DNA of 64,000 nucleotides from contig JAVLKG010000003.1 of the NCBI GenBank assembly GCA_032128875.1, forward strand, positions 513,008 through 577,007. Direction: 5' to 3'. Position 1 is the first letter of the stretch. Each line of letters begins with the position of its first letter. Origin of the DNA: Candidatus Melainabacteria bacterium 17Bon1m (lineage in GTDB: Bacteria > Cyanobacteriota > Vampirovibrionia > Obscuribacterales > Obscuribacteraceae). Under the pieces are notes generated by a model. That model saw only the letters and a program-made list of their open reading frames with translations, had not been told where the DNA came from and made no database searches. The position numbers and the translations under genes are program-made. Of this stretch, positions 48,712-57,050 are shown piece after piece.

Positions 48712-50316
48712 ATGGCTCTGTATCAGAAAGACACTACCGTTAAGCGATTTCCGGTTGTCGATCGTGGACCCAGTCACTATGAAGAGATTGCCGGACGTGC
48801 GCTCGAAAATTCCATCAATCATTTGAACCCATACTTCGCTAACAAGCTTTGCGGCTCGGAAGGTGCAGTCGAGTTTAGAGATGGCGGCGTTTACACCTAC
48901 GACACGCACGGCAAGCGTTACCTCGACTGCCTCGGCGGCTACGGTATCTTCAACGTCGGTCACCGTCACCCGAAGGTCATTGCTGCTGTAAAAGCTCAGC
49001 TCGACCAAGTCTGCCTGCACAGCCAAGACTTGCTTAACCCATGGGCTGGACACCTCGCAAGCCAGTTGGCAGCGATTGCTCCAGGCGATATTCAGTATGC
49101 ATTTTTCTGCAACAGCGGAACCGAAGCAGTTGAAGGGGCTTTGAAACTGGCTCGCCTCTACACAGGCAAGTCTGAAATCATCTCGACGAAGAACGCCTAT
49201 CACGGCGTCAGCATGGGCGCACTCTCGGCTACCGGCCGCGATTGTTTCCGCAAGCCGTTCGAGCCATTGCTCAATGGTTTCACCCATGTTCCGTTCGGCG
49301 ATATCAAGGCACTGGAAAAAGCAATCACCAAGAACACCGCAGCCGTAATCCTTGAGCCAATTCAAGGTGAAGGCGGCATCAACGTTCCTTCTGAAGGCTA
49401 CTTACGCAAAGTTCGTCAGCTGACCAAGAAGAAAGGCGTATTGCTTATTCTTGACGAGGTGCAAACCGGTCTTGGAAGAACAGGCCGCATGTTCGCTTGC
49501 GATCATGAAGGTGTGGTTCCGGACATCATCTGCTTGGCAAAGGCTCTTGGCGGCGGCGTTATGCCGATCGGTGCTTTTATGGCATCTGCCAAAGTCTGGA
49601 AAGTTTTAGAACCGAACCCGAGCATTCACAACTCCACATTTGGTGGCAACCCGCTGGCATGTACTGCTGCTTCTGCCACTATCGAAGTGTTGATGGAAGA
49701 GCACCTTCCAGCTCGCGCCGCTGTTATGGGCAACCACTTCATGCGTCGCTTGCAAGAGCTGAAGAAAAAATATCCGAAGCACATCATGGAAGCTCGTGGT
49801 CGCGGATTGCTAATCGGCTTGGAATTTTCAACACAGGCTTTGCGTGTTGATGTTCAGACCGAACTGTTCCACCGTGGAGTATTGGTTGCTGCCACGATGA
49901 ACTCGAACCGCACCATCCGTATCGAGCCACCTTTGATCATCACTGAGTCACAGATCAATTTCATGATCGACACTCTTGAGTCGATCCTCTCTGAGATCAC
50001 TGAAGTTCCCCAAGACGAGCCGGAAGTTGTAGTCAAACCTGTTAAGAAGCTGGTCAAAAAGCTGGTCAAGAAATCAGTCAAAAAGGCTGTTCGCAAACCT
50101 GCTAAAAAATCAGCGAAAAAACCGGTAAAGGCAAAAACGTCTTCCAAGGCAAAGGCTAAAACAACCGCCAAAGCCAAGAAGTCGAGCACAAAAGCGAAAG
50201 CAAAAACCAGCACGAAAGCCAAAGGTTCAAACAAATCCAAGGCAAAAACCAAAGTAGCTGCCAAAGCAAAATCTGCGCCCAAAGCTAAAGCGAAAAAGGC
50301 GAAGAAAGCTAAGTAA
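48712..50316 (+). CDS. patA: putrescine aminotransferase-like class III PLP enzyme with histone H1-like C-terminal tail
   Basis: DCLGGYGIFNVGHRHP, LHSQDLL, FFCNSGTEAVE resemble E. coli PatA/YgjG; DEVQTG; LAKALGGG PLP Lys; K/A-rich tail. Confidence 0.85.
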   Translation: MALYQKDTTVKRFPVVDRGPSHYEEIAGRALENSINHLNPYFANKLCGSEGAVEFRDGGVYTYDTHGKRYLDCLGGYGIFNVGHRHPKVIAAVKAQLDQVCLHSQDLLNPWAGHLASQLAAIAPGDIQYAFFCNSGTEAVEGALKLARLYTGKSEIISTKNAYHGVSMGALSATGRDCFRKPFEPLLNGFTHVPFGDIKALEKAITKNTAAVILEPIQGEGGINVPSEGYLRKVRQLTKKKGVLLILDEVQTGLGRTGRMFACDHEGVVPDIICLAKALGGGVMPIGAFMASAKVWKVLEPNPSIHNSTFGGNPLACTAASATIEVLMEEHLPARAAVMGNHFMRRLQELKKKYPKHIMEARGRGLLIGLEFSTQALRVDVQTELFHRGVLVAATMNSNRTIRIEPPLIITESQINFMIDTLESILSEITEVPQDEPEVVVKPVKKLVKKLVKKSVKKAVRKPAKKSAKKPVKAKTSSKAKAKTTAKAKKSSTKAKAKTSTKAKGSNKSKAKTKVAAKAKSAPKAKAKKAKKAK

Positions 50317-50352
50317 TCGACTCAAGAATCAGAAAGTCAGAAAGGACAAAAT

Positions 50353-50553
50353 ATGATTATTGCCAATAGTTCCAGCATGCTCCGGTCTCAGATTTCGAGA
50401 CTGCAAGAGCTTGGGAAGCACGAAGAAGCCATGGCTGTGCTCCAACGTTTCTTGGAGCTGGAGCGTGAAGTACATGCAACAAATCTCGCGGAAAGCGACG
50501 CCGAGCCGAAAAGCACGATTATCGCTTTCCCGCGGTTAAGGCCAGTTTCCTAA
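50353..50553 (+). CDS. small hypothetical protein
   Basis: 66 aa, AAGGA SD, 36 bp after patA and before terminator. Confidence 0.6.
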   Translation: MIIANSSSMLRSQISRLQELGKHEEAMAVLQRFLELEREVHATNLAESDAEPKSTIIAFPRLRPVS

Positions 50554-50580
50554 CCACCTGAAACATCACACCTACAAAAC

Positions 50581-50606
50581 GGCCGGCAAGCGATTGCCGG
50601 TCTTTT
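50581..50606 (+). terminator. intrinsic terminator
   Basis: GGCCGGCAA-GCGA-TTGCCGGTC followed by TTTT. Confidence 0.7.
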
Positions 50607-50709
50607 GATATGTGCTCAATGAACGCTATCTCACGCGCACGAAGACGCACATGCTGAATTTGATGCATAATTGTTGCCCTTGATACCAGTTAACCGACTG
50701 CTGAGTTTT

Positions 50710-52044
50710 ATGCACAAACTTCCTTGGAAACCCTTTTGGAGATACACCCTGTTGCTTGGTCTTTTGGCGAGCAGCTGTCAGGGAAGTGATGCTGCTCCTT
50801 CGGCAAGTCAATTGTCATCTGCCTCGCCGCCATCGCATGCCAAGCAGCCCGCGCCGACGTTGCGCCGTTGGTATACCGTAGATGCGAGCAGCCCATCAGA
50901 ACTGAAGCGAAAGCAGGATTACCTTGCGCGAATTGATAGATTTTGGATTCAGTTCAGAAAGGAGCAAGCACAGCTGAGTTTGAGCGGGACTGGAAAAATC
51001 GATCACGCAGCGTGGGCCCAAAAGTACATAAAGCAGGTTGACCCTGAGATTTATTATGAGTTTGGACCCGGCGACAAGGCCCAGGAGACCAAGCTAGATT
51101 TTTCGTGTGTCGGCACGGATACACTCCTTCCTGTTGTGAAAGAGCTAGTTGCTAGAGCTCCCAAGATTGCGGGTTGGACGTTTTCTCCTTATAAGCGACC
51201 AACTAAATTCACCGCTGTGGAGGAGATGTTCAAAGCGCGCGGATTTAAGAAAGCTACTCCTCAGTTTCGTGCGGAGTTCACCGCCAATGAGTTCAACATT
51301 ATCGATGCCCTTGTTGGCTTTTCTGGTGCAACTGGCGATTACAACAAAGATGCAGAAACAGTTTTGCTTCTATCTGACATGATTCTCGGAGAGGAGGCTA
51401 GCGACATCTGGCTTGGAGAGCTGAACGCAAAGAAATTGGCGACACAGAAGAATTTTGACTATGTGCAGAGCGCAAAAGATTTTTCGAAAGCCTTTTACGA
51501 CAAGAAAAAGCAAATGTTAGCGACGTTGCCGAAGGTTCCGTACTACAAGTTGAAGGAATTTGGAACCTATGGAATGTTTGAGTTCCAGAACAAGGATGGT
51601 CGATACTCTCGAAGACAAACAATGTCAACCAGTGCTCAGAAGCTATGCAGCGCCCTGTCTATGGGAGTGCGTTTTCACTCCGAGCGCTTTTCCAATTTTG
51701 GAGAGAAGTTTGCGTATCTGCAGATTCCAAATGCAGGCGTATACGCTGCACCAAAAGAGCGCGGAAAAGTTGAAGATGCTTTGGACTCCGAACTAAGAAA
51801 AGCCCAACTTGGATGTGTGTTTGCTGCTGGTTTTGGAAAACCAGACATCTCATACATAGACCTCTGCCTTGTTGATGTAAACAGGGCTACGCCGATAATC
51901 AAGAAGATATGTGCTCAGTTCAAACTGTCGCACAAGAGTAATTTGCGCTTCTACGATTCTGACTGGCTTTATGAATGGGTAAAAATGTTTCCCGATACTC
52001 CTGTTCCTGACGACTTAGGAAAGCCATGGTTTTACAGACCATAG
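50710..52044 (+). CDS. hypothetical lipoprotein (paralog A)
   Basis: LLASSC lipobox; collinear similarity with next gene; start uncertain (50671/50710). Confidence 0.8.
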   Translation: MHKLPWKPFWRYTLLLGLLASSCQGSDAAPSASQLSSASPPSHAKQPAPTLRRWYTVDASSPSELKRKQDYLARIDRFWIQFRKEQAQLSLSGTGKIDHAAWAQKYIKQVDPEIYYEFGPGDKAQETKLDFSCVGTDTLLPVVKELVARAPKIAGWTFSPYKRPTKFTAVEEMFKARGFKKATPQFRAEFTANEFNIIDALVGFSGATGDYNKDAETVLLLSDMILGEEASDIWLGELNAKKLATQKNFDYVQSAKDFSKAFYDKKKQMLATLPKVPYYKLKEFGTYGMFEFQNKDGRYSRRQTMSTSAQKLCSALSMGVRFHSERFSNFGEKFAYLQIPNAGVYAAPKERGKVEDALDSELRKAQLGCVFAAGFGKPDISYIDLCLVDVNRATPIIKKICAQFKLSHKSNLRFYDSDWLYEWVKMFPDTPVPDDLGKPWFYRP

Positions 52045-52081
52045 CAATGTGTGTTCCGGTGCGGCAAAGAGGATTGATTAG

Positions 52082-53389
52082 TTGAAAAGCAAAATTTTGA
52101 ACAATGGAATGCTGTTGGTCTCATTGGTTTTACTTACATCATGTAATTCATCATCGCCGCTTCTCAACAAAGCTAATGGCTCTGCTTACTGCGCTATACC
52201 AACTCGCTGGGCCACTGTGGATGAAAAGTACCCGCCGGAAGTGCGCTTGAAAAAGCAAACCATTGAGCACATTGAACAGTTTTGGAGCGATTTCAAAAAA
52301 GACCAGACAACGCTTAGCTTGGCATTGGATAACCTGCACGGAGAGAGCGGAAAGACGAACTCAGATATTCTTGCGAGCTGGATGAAGGAACATCTAGATT
52401 CGATTGATCCTGTCATTGAATACGAGTTTGGACGTGAAAAGGAAGGAAAGAAACTCGATTTTTCCGCAGCCGGTCACGATGAAGTGGTGCCCATCTGCAA
52501 ACTCCTTGTTTCTAAAGCTCCAAAACTATCCAACTGGCAGTTTTCTGCATATAGACAGCCATTGTCGCCTGCCACTATTGCCACCGGATTTAAAAGGCGC
52601 ACAGGGCGGGAACCGCTTCAATTTGAAACATCTGTGAGTGTTTCGCCGCAAAACAAGTTGGATGTTATGTTCACTTCGCCAGAGTTTGAGAATGACGAAG
52701 AGGATAACATCGAAGCGTGCCGCATCATCAGTGATTTGAGCGTCGGAGAGGAAAACGACGATATCTGGCTTGGAGCCATAACGCCGAAGAAGGGTGCATT
52801 AATGGGGCAGTTCAACTGCGCGAATAATGCAGAACAATATGCAAAAGCGTTTGACGACAAGAAGAAAGAAATTCTCGCTTCACTGCCTAGTACACCTTAT
52901 TTCAAGCAGGATCTCAGCAGGACAGAGGAAGTTCATTTCTCGGGCAAGAAGCGTTTGTCTATGAAGACTGCTTTGAAGAAGCTTGCGGAAACACTAGGAG
53001 CCGGCGGTCGTTTTCATGATGTGCAGTTCTCGAAAAATGGAGAGCATTTTGCGTATTTGAAAGTATCGAAAGCCAAAGACTTGCAGTCTTTGGATAAGGT
53101 TGAGGCGCTGGGAAAGGAATTAGACGCCGAACTTCGTAAGGCGCAAGTCGGCTGCACTTTTGGTATAGGTACAGAATCTCCTGACTCTATCTACATTGAT
53201 GTGGCATTGAAGGAGCTGGATAAAGCTGTTCCAATTTTGAAAGCTTTTTGCGAATCGCACAAATTTGATCATGAGAGTACGCTGCGTTTTTACGACTGTG
53301 TGTGGCGTAACGAATGGGTGGCGATGTTTGATGATACGAAGAAACCGCAGGATCTGCGGAAGCCCTGGTATCTGGTTGAAGAGAATTAG
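52082..53389 (+). CDS. hypothetical lipoprotein (paralog B)
   Basis: LLTSC lipobox; shares RW.TVD, FW..F, KLDFS, APK..W.FS.Y, YID, LRFYD..W..EWV.MF with paralog A. Confidence 0.8.
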   Translation: MKSKILNNGMLLVSLVLLTSCNSSSPLLNKANGSAYCAIPTRWATVDEKYPPEVRLKKQTIEHIEQFWSDFKKDQTTLSLALDNLHGESGKTNSDILASWMKEHLDSIDPVIEYEFGREKEGKKLDFSAAGHDEVVPICKLLVSKAPKLSNWQFSAYRQPLSPATIATGFKRRTGREPLQFETSVSVSPQNKLDVMFTSPEFENDEEDNIEACRIISDLSVGEENDDIWLGAITPKKGALMGQFNCANNAEQYAKAFDDKKKEILASLPSTPYFKQDLSRTEEVHFSGKKRLSMKTALKKLAETLGAGGRFHDVQFSKNGEHFAYLKVSKAKDLQSLDKVEALGKELDAELRKAQVGCTFGIGTESPDSIYIDVALKELDKAVPILKAFCESHKFDHESTLRFYDCVWRNEWVAMFDDTKKPQDLRKPWYLVEEN

Positions 53390-53429
53390 AGATAAAGTCC
53401 GTTGCACAAATAGCGAAATCTTTGAGTGC

Positions 53430-53457
53430 TTGACGGAAAGTTTCATTGGTATAAAAT
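53430..53457 (+). promoter_or_regulatory. candidate sigma70 promoter of the two-component operon
   Basis: TTGACG-N16-TAAAAT, with overlapping TGGTATAAA. Confidence 0.45.
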
Positions 53458-53517
53458 AGGTAAGTTGTGGGCAAGGAAACCCGGTATCTCGTTTACTGTT
53501 TGTGAGTAAACATTCGG

Positions 53518-55020
53518 ATGTCCTTTGGGGGAAATCCCGAGAGCGACTCGCTCTCGTTGGGCGAAGAGCAGCTTCGCCAAATTATTGACGCAGCGCCAAG
53601 CGGAATGATCATGGTTAATCATTCCGGGAAGATTGTGCTAGTAAATTCACAGATTGAGCAATTGTTCGGTTACGAACGAACAGAGCTCGTTGGTAAGTCA
53701 ATCGAAGTTTTAGTTCCAACCAGCGCTCGCGCACGTCACCCACAATATCGTGAGCAGTATTTTGACGACCCTAAAACCCGAGCTATGGGAGTAGGGCGCG
53801 ACTTATATGGATTGCGTAAAGACGGAACAGAAATTCCAGTCGAGATCGGTCTGAATCCTTTGATGACAGATGGCAGTCGCTATGTACTTGCGTCGGTTGT
53901 TGATATTACTGAGCGAAAACGTGCAGAAGAGCGTTTGAGAATCACGATCGAGGCGGCACCTAGTGGAATGATTATGGTCAATGAACAAGGAAATATTGTC
54001 CTTGTTAACACCCAGGTCGAGCGATTATTTGGCTATTCAAGAGAAGAATTGCTGGGGCAATCGATAGAAAAGTTAGTGCCATCAAAGGTTCGTGATAAAC
54101 ACCCGGAACACAGAGCATCCTTTTTTAAAAATCCTCAAGCGCGTTCAATGGGTGTTGGCAGGGATCTTTTCGGCTTGCGAAAAGATGGCTCCGAAATTCC
54201 GGTCGAAATTGGTCTGAATCCGTTGCAGACGGAAGGCGAGAGATACGTGCTCGCTTCAATTGTAGATATTACAGAACGCAAGAAAGCAGAGGCGCTTCTA
54301 CAAGAGAAAATTTTGGAGTTGGAGCGCTCTAATGAAGAACTTCAGCAGTTTGCATATGTTTGCTCACACGATTTGCAAGAGCCTTTGCGCGTAATTTCGA
54401 ATTACACGCAATTGCTCGCAAAGCGCTATATGGGCAAAACACTGGATGAGGATGCGCACGAGTTTATTGACTTCACCTTGGATGCAACCAAAAGAATGCA
54501 TCAGTTAATCAACGACTTACTCCTCTACAGTCGCGTGGAGACACGAGGGAAGGGGTTTGTAGAGGTGGATGTAAATGAGATTGTTCGAATAGCGGAGTCC
54601 AATCTCAGTTTGGCAATTGAAGAATCGAACGCCACCGTGTCTACAGGAGAATTGCCGACAGTAAAAGGCGACAACTCACAGCTGGTTCAGCTCTTTCAAA
54701 ACCTCATTGGCAATGCGCTGAAATTTCGCTCGGAAAAACCGCCGGAGGTTCATATTTCTGCAGTCGCAGACGGTGACATGTGGCGATTCACCGTATCGGA
54801 CAATGGTATTGGTTTTGACATGAAGCACGCTGAGAGAATCTTCGTGATATTCCAACGCCTTCATTTGCGAGAAGCTTATGAAGGAAGCGGAATTGGTCTG
54901 GCTGTGTGCAAGAAAATTGTAGAACGACATGGTGGTCGGCTGTGGGTGGAGTCGCAGCCGGGGAAAGGCTCATCGTTTCACTTTACTGTTCCAATACGAG
55001 GAGCTAAGTATCACTTATGA
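53518..55020 (+). CDS. PAS-PAS sensor histidine kinase
   Basis: Two 121-aa PAS/PAC repeats; SHDLQEPLR H-box; NLIGNALKF, DNGIG, GSGIGLA. Confidence 0.95.
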   Translation: MSFGGNPESDSLSLGEEQLRQIIDAAPSGMIMVNHSGKIVLVNSQIEQLFGYERTELVGKSIEVLVPTSARARHPQYREQYFDDPKTRAMGVGRDLYGLRKDGTEIPVEIGLNPLMTDGSRYVLASVVDITERKRAEERLRITIEAAPSGMIMVNEQGNIVLVNTQVERLFGYSREELLGQSIEKLVPSKVRDKHPEHRASFFKNPQARSMGVGRDLFGLRKDGSEIPVEIGLNPLQTEGERYVLASIVDITERKKAEALLQEKILELERSNEELQQFAYVCSHDLQEPLRVISNYTQLLAKRYMGKTLDEDAHEFIDFTLDATKRMHQLINDLLLYSRVETRGKGFVEVDVNEIVRIAESNLSLAIEESNATVSTGELPTVKGDNSQLVQLFQNLIGNALKFRSEKPPEVHISAVADGDMWRFTVSDNGIGFDMKHAERIFVIFQRLHLREAYEGSGIGLAVCKKIVERHGGRLWVESQPGKGSSFHFTVPIRGAKYHL

Positions 55021-55463
55021 AAACCAAACGGCTAAGTATTTTGCTTGTCGAAGATAGTCGCGCTGATGCTCGATTGATACTGGAAGTTTTCAAAGAAGAA
55101 GATGTAAACGCAACGATAAACGTGGTGCGGGACGGTGAGGAGGCGATGGACTTTCTGTTGAAGCGAAGCCCTTACGCAGATGCGGCTACGCCTAATCTCA
55201 TTTTGCTCGATTTGAATCTACCGAAAAAAGATGGACGCGAAGTGCTTGCGGAGATCAAGCAAAACACTGATTTAGACGGAATTCCGATCATCATTTTGAC
55301 TACTTCGCAATCAGAAGACGATGTCGCAAAGTGTTACAAGCTTCAGGCCAGCTGCTTCGTAACCAAGCCAATTGATCTGGAGAAATTTGTAGAAGTCATT
55401 CGTTCTCTGGATGAATTTTGGTTTTCTGCTGTTAAATTTCCCCCGGAGCCAAAGGTATGCTAG
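55017..55463 (+). CDS. single-domain response regulator (Rcp1-like)
   Basis: LLVED, LILLDLNLPKKDGREVL, LTTS, KP, FWF; ATGA overlap. Confidence 0.95.
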   Translation: MKTKRLSILLVEDSRADARLILEVFKEEDVNATINVVRDGEEAMDFLLKRSPYADAATPNLILLDLNLPKKDGREVLAEIKQNTDLDGIPIIILTTSQSEDDVAKCYKLQASCFVTKPIDLEKFVEVIRSLDEFWFSAVKFPPEPKVC

Positions 55464-56545
55464 ACAAAACGTCCATTCTTCTAGTTGAAGATTCCGAGCC
55501 AGACGCGAAGTTCGTTCAAAGACTCCTGCCGAAACAGCGCTTTTCTATCATTCACGTGTCATCACTCTCAGAGGCAGCCTCTCAGTTGGAATGTTCGCCG
55601 TTTGATGTGATACTGCTCGATCTTTCGTTGCCGGATGGAAGTGGCCTTGACTCTTTTCAAAGTCTTAGGGACGTGGGTAAGCTTACGCCGATAGTTATTC
55701 TTACCGGTTTGAATGACGACGAAACGGCATTAATGGCTGTAAAGCTCGGCGCGCAGGATTATATTCAAAAAAGCGACGTGAATGCGAGTTTTCTCGAAAG
55801 AAGCATCAAATATGCAATCGAACGAAAATGTGCAGAAGAGACTGAAAAGAAACTAGCAACGTTCGAGCAGCGCGAAGAATTTATGGCAACACTTACGCAT
55901 GACCTCAAAAATCCGCTAATCGGTACAAATCGTGTGTTGGAGCTGCTGGCTGAACAAGCAATGGGCCCAGTGACGGAAGATCATGCAGAATTGCTTTTGC
56001 AGATACGAGATAGCAACAAAATATTGTTGACGATGATTCAGAACCTCCTGGACGTTTATAGGTTTGAAAAGGACATTGATGCGGTAGTTTTGACAAACAC
56101 TTATCTTAAAGACATTGTCTCCACCTGCTTGAAGGAAATCCTTCCCATTGCGAATAATCGAATGATTAAAATCAACACTGATTTTGCGACGGATCGAAAA
56201 ATGGTTAGAGCTGATGTAATAGCTATGCGCCGCGTGTTTCAAAATCTGCTCGACAATGCACTCAAGTTTACGCCGTCCGGCGGAGAGATCACCCTTTCTA
56301 TTGGCTCAAATAATGGGGATGTTTGCGTTGAAATAGAGGACAATGGTCCCGGAATGTCTGACGAAGAACTATCCAAAATCTTTTCTAGATTTGCCCAAGG
56401 AAGGGCTGGTAGAAAGTTTTCTCCCGGAACAGGTCTTGGACTATTCTTGTGTAAGCAAATAATAGATGCTCATCACGGACAGATTATTTGCTCAAGCAGA
56501 GAAGGAAAAGGAACCAAGTTTACGATTTGTCTTCCTGCCGCATAG
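55457..56545 (+). CDS. hybrid receiver-histidine kinase
   Basis: N-terminal REC (LLDLSLPD); THDLKNPL; NLLDNALKF, DNGPG, GTGLGL. Confidence 0.93.
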   Translation: MLDKTSILLVEDSEPDAKFVQRLLPKQRFSIIHVSSLSEAASQLECSPFDVILLDLSLPDGSGLDSFQSLRDVGKLTPIVILTGLNDDETALMAVKLGAQDYIQKSDVNASFLERSIKYAIERKCAEETEKKLATFEQREEFMATLTHDLKNPLIGTNRVLELLAEQAMGPVTEDHAELLLQIRDSNKILLTMIQNLLDVYRFEKDIDAVVLTNTYLKDIVSTCLKEILPIANNRMIKINTDFATDRKMVRADVIAMRRVFQNLLDNALKFTPSGGEITLSIGSNNGDVCVEIEDNGPGMSDEELSKIFSRFAQGRAGRKFSPGTGLGLFLCKQIIDAHHGQIICSSREGKGTKFTICLPAA

Positions 56546-56580
56546 AGAGTCCAGTCGCCAGCAACTACGCTCACAGCGAC

Positions 56581-57021
56581 TTAGTTTGTCGATGATTGTT
56601 GAAAAGACTCTTCGTATTGTATTTTGAAATTGTCCATAAGAATCGGAAGCTTCTGCTCAAACGCGTTGTTAATCGGATATTTAAACAACCAAGCAATGAA
56701 TCCGTTGGCTGAAATTGTGAAACGCATGGTGATTTCGCCCGGCGTCTTTTCTGCAAGTTCGTGATAGAAGACAAACTTAGAGCCAAGAACCGACATCTCG
56801 TCGCTGTAGTTATTTAGCGGGTTGAAGGCTGTGACTTTAAGAATATAGTTATGTCCGTCTCTCGATTTCATGTGCCCTATACTACCCGCTTTTAGCGGCC
56901 CGTCGAATTGCAGATCGTCGATGAAGATGTCCCATTCCGGCATGCGCTTCCAATCAACTAACTTTTCCCAAGCGGTCTTAAGATCGCCTTTGAATGTGAT
57001 GCTGTGTTCGACGAATACCAT
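56581..57021 (-). CDS. SRPBCC/polyketide cyclase-like protein
   Basis: AWEKLVDWKRMPEWD...DGPLKAGS pattern. Confidence 0.75.
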   Translation of the reverse strand: MVFVEHSITFKGDLKTAWEKLVDWKRMPEWDIFIDDLQFDGPLKAGSIGHMKSRDGHNYILKVTAFNPLNNYSDEMSVLGSKFVFYHELAEKTPGEITMRFTISANGFIAWLFKYPINNAFEQKLPILMDNFKIQYEESFQQSSTN

Positions 57022-57050
57022 GGCTATAACCTCGGGATGCCTGATTTTGA

